A stretch of DNA of 64,000 nucleotides from Eledone cirrhosa (GCA_964016885.1 OZ024743.1:150784001-150848000); one strand, 5' to 3'; counted from the stretch's first letter, positions 42,139 to 54,324 are shown. Numbers and translations: made by a program. Notes: generated by a model from the sequence alone, not told the origin.

Positions 42139-44220
42139 TAGAGAGAGATAGATATAGATAGAGATAGAGAGAAAGAAAATAGGTAGTTGGGCACCAGTTG
42201 AATGACGTATCAATGATATATTTATTTATTTATTTAGTTCTAGTATTAAGGTAGAGAGAGATATATGTGGTTAGGAGAGAAAACAGTCGTTACATAGAGA
42301 GAAAAGAAAAATATCCAGATATAAACGAGGCAGATTTAAAACATTATGTTTCATCAATGTAAAAATATCAATTCGTATGAATTAGGTATTATAATGTAAA
42401 TATCAGTATTCATGAATGAGACACGTATCAATAACGTGTGAAAAATAATGATCATATGTCTAGTTTAAAATTCCTAGGTTTATATCAGAGTTGAGGTAAA
42501 AACTGAGATAAAAAACTGAGATAAAAAACTGAGATAAAAAAATTCAAAAAAAATTGAAATACATAAGTATATATGCACTTTCATGAAAAAAAAAAGAAAA
42601 AAAAAGAAAATAGAAGGTTATCCCAGATTCGATACTATAGACTTCCATGTGAATTTACGTGATCAACTCTGCAAATTCCTATTTCACATGAAAACATTCT
42701 CATTGTGCTATAAAAATTCTAGTATACATATATGTGTACATACACACAAATATATATAGAATCTACATTAATTTTAACAATACTATTCTTGTCTTTACTC
42801 TACATGATTATCGTTCAAGCATAAATAGACAACAGATATCAATATATCAATAAAAATATCAAAAAATTAAAAAATATTAAAAATAAAACACAGTATGCCC
42901 CGCAAATCAACCACAGAGATCAACCCTTCAAAATTAATTGACAATATATTGCCAAGTTCATTATAAGCATCAGAATCAAAAGCAAACAAAACCAAAATTA
43001 TTTACCAAATCCTGTCTAGCAGAAATCATTCCAAAAGTTTAGGATACCCATTTGATCTACAGATGGTCTTATATTTATTATAGAAGTTTATCTAGTGTAA
43101 AATTTATTCGATATATTTGGAGCATCAGCTTTTAGGGTAGTTTAATTATTCATGAAGAATGTTTAAAAAAAAGAAATCGAAAGATTTATCGGCGAGTTTC
43201 ATAAATAATTATAAATCAAAGTAAATATACTACATTTTAAATTTATATTTATATTTAAAACTTCTATAATAAATATAAGACTATCTGTAGATCAAATGGG
43301 TATCCTAAACTTTTGGAATGATTTCTGCTAGACAGGATTTGGTAAATAATTTTGGTTTTGTTTGCTTTTGATTCTGATGCTTATAATGAACTTGGCAATA
43401 TATTGTCAATTAATTTTGAAGGGTTGATCTCTGTGGTTGATTTGCGGGGCATACTGTGTTTTATTTTTAATATTTTTTAATTTTTTGATATTTTTATTGA
43501 TATATTGATATCTGTTGTCTATTTATGCTTGAACGATAATCATGTAGAGCAAAGACAAGAATAGTATTGTTAAAATTAATGTAGATTCTATATATATTTG
43601 TGTGTATGTACACATATATGTATACTAGAATTTTTATAGCACAATGAGAATGTTTTCATGTGAAATAGGAATTTGCAGAGTTGATCACGTAAATTCACAT
43701 GGAAGTCTATAGTATCGAATCTGGGATAACCTTCTATTTTCTTTTTTTTTCTTTTTCTTTTTTCATGAAAGTGCATATATACTTATGTATTTCAATTTTT
43801 TTTGAATTTTTTTATCTCAGTTTTTTATCTCAGTTTTTTTATTTCAGTTTTTACCTCAACTCTGATATAAACCTAGGAATTTTAAACTAGACATATGATC
43901 ATTATTTTTCACACATTATTGATACGTGTCTCATTCATGAATACTGATATTTACATTATAATACCTAATTCATACGAATTGATATTTTTACATTGATGAA
44001 ACATAATGTTTTAAATCTGCCTCGTTTATATCTGGATATTTTTCTTTTCTCTCTATGTAACGGCTGTTTTCTCTCCTAACCACATATATCTCTCTCTACC
44101 TTAATACTAGAACTAAATAAATAAATAAATAAATAAATATATCATTGATACGTCATTCAACTGGTGCCCAACTACCTATTTTCTTTCTCTCTATCTCTAT
44201 CTATATCTATCTCTCTCTAT

Positions 44221-44292
<72 letters not shown>

Positions 44293-44505
44293 CTGTGTTT
44301 TTTCTCTCTCTATCTATCTCTCTCTCTCTGTTTCTTTACATGAATTTCTTCTCTCTATATCTATCTATCTCTATTTAGTTGCATGCATTTCTTCTTTTTC
44401 TTCGCTTTTTTTCTTTCTTTCTTTTTATAACTGTCCCTAACATTTTTCATTACCAAATCAACTTTTTAAATGGAAGTTGAAGTTGTAAGGTATGTCAAAT
44501 CTATC

Positions 44506-44612
44506 TATTTATAAGACTGTTTATATTGTATTTTGTCTGAAGAAGGCATACCATATTTTTAATATGATATCCCTGAAATATATATAATGAAATAAATATG
44601 GTTTTATAAATA
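44506..44612 (+). ncRNA. Minimal type I hammerhead-like motif, right arm of the palindrome
   Basis: CTGAAGA (44537-44543); stem II AGGCATACCATATT/AATATGATATCCCT; GAAA (44575-44578); TATA-TA; distal stem I TATTTATAAGACTGT/ATGGTTTTATAAATA. The proximal stem I register is imperfect. Confidence 0.65.
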
Positions 44613-44832
44613 TAGTTTCCATTTATTTAATATCGTATATATATATGTGTGTGTATATATATGTATATATACATGTATATATATATATATATATTAGAAT
44701 TGTAGCTCTGAAATAGCAATATATATATGGATGTAAATATAATGTATTTTGCAATACACTTTATGCTTAATTAAAAGCATTTTGAAGACCGTAAGCTATT
44801 GTTTTAAAGTAGTGACAAATTCACTCACTTCG

Positions 44833-44924
44833 ATCTCAGCAAACAGGAGGAGATAAGCCGACATGACATGTTTCGCTTTTGTTGAAGCTTATCAAGGCCA
44901 ACTACCCCGCCCGTCTGCTGAGAT
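44833..44924 (-). ncRNA. Type I hammerhead ribozyme (U3-A8), retrozyme copy 1
   Basis: Reverse complement of 45103-45194. Confidence 0.88.
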
Positions 44925-45102
44925 TAATGATGTTATATTCTTATAGAAATCTAGTAAATAATCAGGAGCTGATTATGCAGAGCGGTTGTTGGTCAGGCAG
45001 AAATTAAAAATTAGAATTGTAGCTCTGAAATAGCAATATATATATGGATGTAAATATAATGTATTTTGCAATACACTTTATGCTTAATTAAAAGCATCAT
45101 TA

Positions 45103-45194
45103 ATCTCAGCAGACGGGCGGGGTAGTTGGCCTTGATAAGCTTCAACAAAAGCGAAACATGTCATGTCGGCTTATCTCCTCCTGTTTGCTGAGAT
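45103..45194 (+). ncRNA. Type I hammerhead ribozyme (U3-A8), retrozyme copy 2
   Basis: GCC-TTGATAA(45132-45138)-GCTT caacaa AAGC-GAAA(45153-45156)-CATGTCATG-TC-GGC. Long stem I ATCTCAGCAGACGGG/CCTGTTTGCTGAGAT. GUC cleavage after 45167. Confidence 0.88.
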
Positions 45195-45419
45195 CGAAGT
45201 GAGTGAATTTGTCACTACTTTAAAACAATAGCTTACGGTCTTCAAAATGCTTTTAATTAAGCATAAAGTGTATTGCAAAATACATTATATTTACATCCAT
45301 ATATATATTGCTATTTCAGAGCTACAATTCTAATTTTTAATTTCTGCCTGACCAACAACCGCTCTGCATAATCAGCTCCTGATTATTTACTAGATTTCTA
45401 TAAGAATATAACATCATTA

Positions 45420-45511
45420 ATCTCAGCAGACGGGCGGGGTAGTTGGCCTTGATAAGCTTCAACAAAAGCGAAACATGTCATGTCGGCTTATCTCCTCCTG
45501 TTTGCTGAGAT
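45420..45511 (+). ncRNA. Type I hammerhead ribozyme (U3-A8), retrozyme copy 3
   Basis: Identical to 45103-45194; cleavage after 45484. Confidence 0.88.
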
Positions 45512-45613
45512 CGAAGTGAGTGAATTTGTCACTACTTTAAAACAATAGCTTACGGTCTTCAAAATGCTTTTAATTAAGCATAAAGTGTATTGCAAAATAC
45601 ATTATATTTACAT

Positions 45614-45676
<63 letters not shown>

Positions 45677-46149
45677 AATGTGTGTTTGTAATATTATAAT
45701 GCTCAGTATTTATACTTTGAGCTTGTTAATTGCAGGGTATCAATATGAGTTAATAATTCTATATTTTATTTATTTGTATTTTGGCTCCCTATCTAGGTGA
45801 GCTTATAAGATGAGTGTAATTAGGCTATTATTTCTAGCTTAACCACTCACACCACGTATAGCTTTCAACCCACAAGGTACATTATTTACTTCCGTGAGTT
45901 CCTTGTTAGATGTGTTTTGTTTCATTTAATCTAATCTCATTTAATCTAATTTCATTTAATGCCTGTTACAAACACAATTTTCAGGGCGAAACAGATTAAA
46001 ATTTTTAGTCTGTCCGAGAGATGAAATCGTTATTGATACGGTATGTATAGGAAATCTTGTATCTTACTGTATGCTTCAGTTTAAATATATAAAACATTTG
46101 TGGTATAATCTACCCTTGTAATTTTAGATGCAGAATTTACTGTGTTTAT

Positions 46150-46274
46150 TTCTACGTATATTAATATATATATGTATATAAATGTGTATATATGTATATA
46201 TATATATGTGTATATATATATATGTACATATGTGTATACATATGTATACATATGTATATATATGTGTATATATG

Positions 46275-46309
<35 letters not shown>

Positions 46310-46365
46310 GTATATACATATAATAAATGTCTATATATTATAAATATATACATATAATATACGTC

Positions 46366-46442
<77 letters not shown>

Positions 46443-46444
46443 TA

Positions 46445-46480
<36 letters not shown>

Positions 46481-46529
46481 CTATATAATATATATATATT
46501 ATATATATATATTATATATATATACTTAA

Positions 46530-46570
<41 letters not shown>
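46150..46570. repeat. Long degenerate (TA)n/(TATG)n microsatellite field
   Basis: Read directly. Similar TA fields lie at 22877-22982, 24702-24760, 33690-33757 and 35980-36054. Confidence 0.95.
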
Positions 46571-46572
<2 letters not shown>

Positions 46573-46584
46573 TTAATATAGATG

Positions 46585-46635
46585 AGATTCTACACGACTA
46601 GAACTGTTTCATTCTTTAGAAATCATCAGGAATCT
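46585..46635 (-). ncRNA. Minimal hammerhead-like motif in a short insert within TA repeats
   Basis: ATTC-CTGATGA-TTTC taaa GAAT-GAAA-CAGTTCTAG-TC-GTGTA; paralog at 50424-50467. Confidence 0.6.
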
Positions 46636-46751
46636 GGCTGTCCAAAATAAATGTTGTGGCATTTATATTTTTTCAGGTGGTAGGAGAGTGTGGGGAGTGG
46701 AATGGGTGGAGGTCATTGGTTGAAGGAAAAGGGAATTTATATATATGTCTG

Positions 46752-46798
<47 letters not shown>

Positions 46799-46799
46799 T

Positions 46800-46845
<46 letters not shown>

Positions 46846-47006
46846 CCGTTTTACGTCCTTTCTTCCATGCTAGCATGGGTTAGACGGGTTGTTCTGTTGT
46901 GGGCAGTGTCTGGTCAGCTGACCTTGTCTTGCTCATACAGGGACTGATTTTGGCTTGATTTCTACAGCTGGATGCCCTTCCTAACACCAACCTCATTTAC
47001 AGATAT

Positions 47007-47039
<33 letters not shown>

Positions 47040-47103
47040 ATATGTGTGTCTATATATTATATATATATATATGCTAACATGGAAGATAGATGTTAAACGA
47101 TGA

Positions 47104-47142
<39 letters not shown>

Positions 47143-47144
<2 letters not shown>

Positions 47145-48740
47145 CAACGAATATAGTGAAGAGTTTAGCGTAAAAGTTGGTGTCCATCAGGGCTCTGTTC
47201 TTAGCCCCCTACTATTTATTATTGCCCTTCAGGCTATAACAGAGGAGTTCAAGACCGGCTGCCCATGGGAACTCCTATACGCAGATGATCTAACGCTCAT
47301 AGCTGAATCAATGACCGAACTAGAGAAGAAATTCCAAACATGGAAGCACGGCCTAGAATCAAAAGGCCTTAAAATTAACCTGGCTAAGACTAAAGTTCTA
47401 GTTTGTAGGAAAGAAAATAAGGCGGCGGTCCCATCTGGGAAATGGCCATGCTCAGTGTGTAGGAAAGGCGTAGGTAGAAACTCCATTTTATGTCCCAAAT
47501 GCAAAGTATGGGTGCATAAAAGATGTAGTGGGATCACAGGTAAGCTAACTAAGAACATAGATTTTACATGTGGCCGGTGCTCTGGTGCAATAAGTAGCAG
47601 CAAGTGCCCACAAAATACTAGCTCCTTCAACTGCGCAGAGGGTTCTATAGAAATAGTGGACAGCTTCCGTTATCTGGGTGACAAAATCAGCAGTGGGGGA
47701 GGGTGCTCTGAAAGTACAGTAGCTAGAGTCAGAACTGGATGGAAAAAGTTCAGAGAGCTTATACCACTATTAGCCGCTAGAGGGTTCTCCCTAAAAATGA
47801 AAGGCAGGTTATACGATGCCTGCATACGAACAGCAATGCTGCATGGCAGTGAGACCTGGGCATTGTGTGCAGAGGATATACGCAGACTAGAGAGGAACGA
47901 AGCTTGCATGCTCCGCTGGATGTGCAATAGTAATATACGTGAACGGCAAAGCATAAACGAACTAAGGAAAAAATTAGAAATAAGAGGAATCAGATGTTGT
48001 TTACTCGAGAGAAGGCTACGTTGGTACGGTCACGTGATGCGCATGAAAGACGACAGCTGTATAACAAAGTGCAGGGCAATAAAGATAGACGGTAGCCACG
48101 GAGTAGGCAGACCCAGAAAAACCTGGGACGAACTGATAAATTCCGACCTCACACGCTTACACCTCTCCAAGACAATGTCACTGGACCGAGACCTTTGGCG
48201 GTACTCAGTAATAGAGAAGACCCGCCTTACCTAAATACAAAGTAAAAACCTACTACAGTCAGTAGGCATCTCTATCAAAACACACCCCCGTCCCACCACC
48301 TCCACCCCACCCACACCGCCCCTTTCAATGTAAAGTTATGTTGGTCCCACAACATCCAGGCCGAAACAAATGAGATCGTGTAGGTGTCACGACAAAAAAC
48401 ACACAGTCCACGCTGTAAATGTGGCCGTGTAGGCAACACGGTAAAAACCTCCCAGCCCCACACTGTAAATGTGGTTGGTGTTAGGAAGGGCATCCAGCTG
48501 TAGAAAACCCGCCAGACAGTCCACGCTGTAATGTGGCCGTGTAGGCAACACGGTAAAAACCTCCCAGCCCCACACTGTAAATGTGGTTGGTGTTAGGAAG
48601 GGCATCCAACTGTAGAAAACCCGCCAGACAGTCCTATGCGAGCAAGACAACCACTCTTGCCTCAAGTGGGAAAACCCCCGTCCAAACCCATGCAAGCGTG
48701 GAACACGGACGCTAAACCTGATGATGATGATGATGATGAT
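47143..48740 (+). mobile_element. Young 5'-truncated RTE LINE with an open RT C-terminal frame, a 3'UTR with an internal duplication of about 110 bp, and a (GAT)n tail
   Basis: GVHQGSVLSPLLF and LLYADDL lie upstream of and in frame with ORF 47311-48234 (CSVC..CPKC..HKRC..CGRC, FRYLGD, LHGSETW, RRLRWYGHV, GRPRKTW). Duplication about 48404-48512 / 48516-48623. Confidence 0.93.
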
Positions 48741-49347
48741 ATAATGCAAAATTAGAAATTAGAAGTTAGGATTATCCATCATCAATTGTCTACTAGGCAT
48801 GATAGGTATTTCTTCACGTTGGAGACAAGATACCTCCACCTAGGACGAAACAATAACTAAAGTAAGTTATTGGGATAAAAAGAAGTGGGTGGAGAAAGAG
48901 AAAGACATGTAAAGAGACACGATGGGTGAAGCAACGTAAAGAGAGGGAAAAAAGGAAAAATATCAAGTCAATAATTCATTTCGAACATAAGAACAGACGA
49001 GTTTTGATGAGGAGAAAAAGACAGTGTCTTGACCGTACGAGTGTGAGCGAGAAGAAAGACTGCATACAGTGCTGGATGATGGAGGAAGTGAGAGAGAGGG
49101 TGAGTTGCAGAGAGTGAGTGAGTGAAAGTGCGAGGAAGAGGCTAGCCGAGAGAGGATGACTAACAGAGGAGGTGAGTGAAAGTAAGAGGGAGAAGGAGAG
49201 AGAGAAGGGGGAGAGAGAGAGGATAGTAGCAAGGGAAGAGAAAAAAGATGGGTCACAGCACAGGGGGAAGCTTATATGAATCAAAATGGCAAGCTGTGTT
49301 GTTGCAATTAAGTATAATGAAAAATTAGAAATTAGAAGTTAGGATTA
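48741..49347 (-). mobile_element. Non-coding 573-bp unit with a 34-bp terminal direct repeat; probable non-autonomous PLE derivative
   Basis: 48741-48774 is repeated at 49314-49347. It shares blocks with 51030-51745 (gagtgagtgagtgaa..gaggaagaggcta, gggtcacagca, gctgtgt.gttgcaa). Confidence 0.55.
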
Positions 49348-49905
49348 GGTAGACCCAGAAAAACCTCGGACGACCTGATAAATTCCTACCTTGTACACTG
49401 GCACCTCTCTAAGACAATGTCACTAGATCGAGATCTTTGGTGCCATGCAGTAATACAGAAGACCCACGTTCCCTACGTGCAAAGTTAACCTACAGTCAGT
49501 AGGCCCCTTCAAACCAAATATACATCCAAACCCACTCCTCCTACTCTACCCTTCCACTCCAGCCAACACCACTCTTTGTCTAAGAAGTTATGTTGGTACC
49601 ATAACATCCAGTCCAAACTAATGAGATCATGTAGGTGTCACGACAAAAAAGAAAGAAGAAAAAGAGAAAAAAAGGGAAAAAGAAAAGGAAGGGAAAAAAA
49701 AACACTGTCCACGCTGTAATGTGGTCGTGTAGGTAACACAGTAAAAAGATCCCAGTCCACACTGTAAATGTGGTTGGTGTTAGGAAGGGCATCCAACCGT
49801 AGAACACATGCGAGATAGTCCTATACGAGTGAGACACGGTCACCCGACCAATCTTACCTCAAATGCTAGTGTGGAAGATGGACGTTAAATAGCGATGATG
49901 AGGAG
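49348..49905 (+). mobile_element. RTE LINE 3' end and 3'UTR
   Basis: Starts at ggtagacccagaaaaacc (GRPRKT); homologous to 48105-48740. Confidence 0.85.
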
Positions 49906-49939
49906 GATATGTTGGACTCTCCTGTCAATTCGACATATG

Positions 49940-50420
49940 AGGTTTCAACAGTCTTTTCAGTTTATTGTTTTATGTTTATGCCTCAAATGGCACTTCAATT
50001 CAGCTGCTGATTTACACATCAATCTATATTTGGTGCAGGTGACAGGATCTTGAACAGAGCAGGCTGGAATGCCTGACCGCACTCTGGTGTCAGATCTTAT
50101 CTCACAGAGGTGGGATAAATGAGATTTCTCAAAGTTCTTTATACCTTCTTGGCAAACGGTTCTCCATCTTTTACAGTTGGCAGTCATGGCTTCAAACAAA
50201 GAAAGAGATACATTGACAGACTTAAGATTGTACTTCAGTTTGTTCTTATATCAGAGTAGTGGCCTGCCCACACTATGCACACCACCCAGAAGCTGACTGT
50301 ACTTTAGGTGTGCAATCCTCAGACATCCGTAAGACATGACCAGCCCATCTGAGTTGGGATTGCATCAGAAATGACTTAATCCCACCAATGTTGCATCTTG
50401 TGAACACTTCGGCATTGGAG
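49940..50420 (-). mobile_element. RTE/BovB-like LINE 3' fragment with a C-terminal Zn finger
   Basis: QLRWAGHVLRMSED; ORF 49957-50199 (CTKYRLMCKSAAELKCHLRHKH). Confidence 0.75.
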
Positions 50421-50423
50421 TCT

Positions 50424-50467
50424 CTACAGGACTAGAACTATTTCATTCCTATGAAATCATCAGGTAT
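50424..50467 (-). ncRNA. Minimal hammerhead-like motif (paralog of 46585-46635)
   Basis: ATAC-CTGATGA-TTTC atag GAAT-GAAA-TAGTTCTAG-TC-CTGTA. Confidence 0.55.
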
Positions 50468-50525
50468 GTCAGTTGATATCTATAAGTTTCATAGTGGTTG
50501 GGAGTGGTAGTGGTGGGGAATCAAC

Positions 50526-50583
<58 letters not shown>

Positions 50584-50615
50584 AGATCAAAAGATGGTTA
50601 AAGGAGTTCCATGTA

Positions 50616-50682
50616 TTTTATTATGCGCATTTCAAAAACAAACATCATCATGCAATAATATTTGTGTTTTCATCAGATAAAA
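50616..50682 (-). ncRNA. Minimal type I hammerhead ribozyme with a canonical core
   Basis: TTTTAT-CTGATGA-AAACACAAATAT...TGTTTGTTTTT-GAAA-TGCGCA-TA-ATAAAA: 6-bp stem I and palindromic stem III ATGCGCAT. Confidence 0.75.
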
Positions 50683-50936
50683 CAGGAGAACATGATATGA
50701 AGGCTAAAAAACACTTGTGGATAGTGAAGTTTTAAATCAACATATGAAAAGTGGTTTTAGATTGATGTGTGATATTGGGAAAAATATTTTATTTAGAGAG
50801 GGGGGGGGGGTGGAAAGGATGAAAAAGGGGAGGAGATGAGAGGGAGAGATGGGTGATAGAGAGAAAGAGATAGTTTTTATAACTGAGAGAAGATATATTG
50901 TTTTACATAGAGAGGTTGAAAACCGTTGGAAGATAA

Positions 50937-51745
<809 letters not shown>

Positions 51746-52376
51746 GTCATAGTGAATTATGTCCATTCTATAAAAGTAAAATTACATTAATAGAATGAGT
51801 CAAGCTTCATATTTTAACCTAAATGAATTAAACCCATAAGATTTTAATTTTATTAAGAAAATGTAAATTCTAATGAATTTGAATGAATCATATGGAATAT
51901 ACATTTCCTTAACTGTATTTTTTATAGTTAAAATGGAATATATTTACAATAGTTAAAATATGAATTTATTTATGAAAGATTAAAGAACCCAATTAAAATT
52001 TTTATTTTAGTAAATAATATTCCCAATTAAATTAAATAATACTAATATAGTTCCTTAATATAGTTCCTTTAACTAAAATTCAAATAAATATCTCTATTTA
52101 CATAAAATAAAAATCACATATTTGATAAAGTAATTATTTGTTGTGAAGGCTTTATGAAGAGTGCTATGCATTTTACATGTTATACAATTGGTTAATTCTG
52201 AAAAATAGCTGAGTATCTTAAATAACATTAATTCTTGCTTTGGCATTTACATTTTCTTCAGTAATCATAATATACTGGTCAGCCAGGCTCCACAGTTATT
52301 TTATTAAAATTATACATGCACTCCACAATGTGTGTGTGTGTTTATGATACGTGGATTGCACTAGTATAGTTTACAT

Positions 52377-52590
52377 CAGAGGTTTTCAAAGTGGGTGTTA
52401 TCACCCCAGGGGGCATTGAGAAGGTCCAAGGGGGAAGTGGGGGTGGTAGAGATGATATAATAGCAAATGATACGTGTTATATATAATAAAATAAAAAACA
52501 TAAGGTCTCTCTGGAAATAGGGTTGAAAGGGCACTGAGTGTATTACGTAGCCGTGAGGGGGCAGTGGCCCCAAATGTGTGGGAACCTCTG
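52377..52590. mobile_element. hAT (Charlie-like) MITE
   Basis: TIRs cagaggtt / aacctctg; 8-bp TSD gtttacat / atttacat (7 of 8 match). Confidence 0.85.
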
Positions 52591-53249
52591 ATTTACATGA
52601 AGCAATGTGAAATAAAGCTAAAAGAGTTTTAAAAAGTCAGTGAAATTTAAGCTACAAATAAAAAAAAGTAGGTGAAGGCAAAAGAAAAACAAAAACAGTG
52701 GTTTACACCATATTTGGCTTTAAAAAACCTCTATCAAGAAATAGTATAGACTAGGCTTAGCTCTGTGAGGAGAATGATTGTAACATATGCAAATTGGTAG
52801 TGTTATATTAGACAATTAGCTTCATACAACACTTACCTCTTGTTGACAGAGTGATTTAATTTAATAGAATCCTCTATCAACAACAGACAAGTCAGAAAAT
52901 GCTACTGTACTAATTATATGCACTGGGAACACAATAATGAGTTTCTACCTATTCCCTTCCTACGTATTTTGCATGACTACATACCAAACAATACTTGATT
53001 TTCATTATCTCTGTTACCCCAAGTATTTTAATGTTTACATGTCATAATCCCAGCCCATATCCCCTCATATCTGTGCAGATCAAAACTTTCACCAACTTGC
53101 ATTGTGGTGGCTTTCTACATCACACACTCCCACACATATAACCTCATAATAATCATTATTTTTATGTCTGATTTCTATTTCAGTATTCTATGACTAGATG
53201 TTTTGCTTGGTACCAATCTTTTCTTGTTTTTATGCTTTTAAATAAAATA

Positions 53250-53440
53250 ATTATTTCTACTTTTGGCACAAGGCCAGAAATTACCCCAGTGCATTACTGG
53301 TGCTTTATTTTATCAACCCGGTAAGGATGAAAGGCAAAGTTAACCTCGGCAGGATTTGGACTCAGAACGTAAAAGGCCATAACTCTATGCTGCAAAACAT
53401 GGCGTCTGATGCCCTACAGATATTGCCAATCCACTGCCCT
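53250..53440 (-). mobile_element. tRNA/Nin-domain SINE, near full length
   Basis: Same family as 20160-20330; B-box reverse complement ggatttggactc and A-box reverse complement tgccaatccactgcc. Confidence 0.75.
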
Positions 53441-54324
53441 TTTAAATAAAATAATGATTTTCACATATCAGCTTTCATTTTTGTCGAACATAGTGTTTAT
53501 TCAGGACATAAAGAAACAGCAGCATGTGTGCAAACTCTGTAAAATGTGGAAAAACACGCACACCCATGGCAGAGATCAACTCCCACATTGAATGGTTTCG
53601 ATTTAGCACCATTTATCCAAACACAAATATTTGGACATTCATATAGAAACATCAGGGCAGTAGAAGCTGACCATCAATCCCATACTCCTGCACCTTCCAT
53701 AGCAGGTCCTGAGGAATGTGGTTATATGCCTTGTTTTGTCTTTATATTTAAAAAAAAAAATGTTTAAGGTTTCCCCTTCAAAATGGACCTGTAACTCCTG
53801 ATTGAATCATAGGATTGCCATCATGACAGATGACAACTCCTTTCCAAGCATGAACACAGCCAATTTCTTCCAGAGAAATAAAGAGATACAGAGGAAGAAT
53901 CGACCCCAGCACTGAAATGGGACTTTTTATCAACCTAGGAGGGATGAAAGGCCAAGTTGTCCTCGGAGTGAATAACAGCAAGTATTCTAACTGATATCCT
54001 GATGACTCTCCCAATCCACTACCATATACAAGTATATATATATATAGAGAGAGAGAGAGACAGAGATAGATGTGAACACACACACATATGTATATATACA
54101 TGTATGTGTGGGGAAAGAAGCTGCAGTAGAGGTAGACCAAGAAAGACCTGGACAGAGGTCGTGAGAGCTGACCTCAAGTCACTGAGACTCGCAGAGGATC
54201 TGATGAAGGATGCGATGAGTGGAGAGATGCCGTGCTGAGAAGGACCCATCCAATCTGGCAAGCATGGAAAAATGGACATAAAAACAATGATGATGATGCT
54301 GATGATGATTATATATATATATAT

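Larger units (their letters stand above)
41894..44637. repeat. About 2.7-kb non-coding inverted repeat (arms 41894-43089 and 43258-44637, 168-bp spacer)
   Basis: The arms are near-perfect reverse complements. The right arm carries about 200 extra bp (44285-44488). (TA)n lies outside both ends. Confidence 0.95.
44693..45620. mobile_element. Non-coding retrozyme-like array: 317-bp monomer, about 1.3 copies on the minus strand followed by about 1.7 copies on the plus strand, in (TA)n
   Basis: Period 317 (44694 vs 45011; 45131 vs 45448). The strand switches at the CAT microhomology 45095-45097. One HHR per monomer; no ORF; the copies appear identical. Confidence 0.9.

Noticed and set aside
44693-45620. 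CRISPR array or simple satellite interpretation of the 317-bp repeats
   Set aside because: No unique spacers, a eukaryotic context, only about three units with a strand inversion, and an embedded ribozyme.
45980-46040. Hairpin ACAGATTAAA/TTTAGTCTGT followed by GAAA, resembling a hammerhead
   Set aside because: No CUGANGA or UUGANAA upstream; at best a dead relic.
52838-52900. Possible minus-strand micro-exon of about 37 nt (ttgatag|...GAG|gtaagt)
   Set aside because: The splice-like signals have no recognisable protein or neighbouring exons; such matches are expected by chance in 64 kb.
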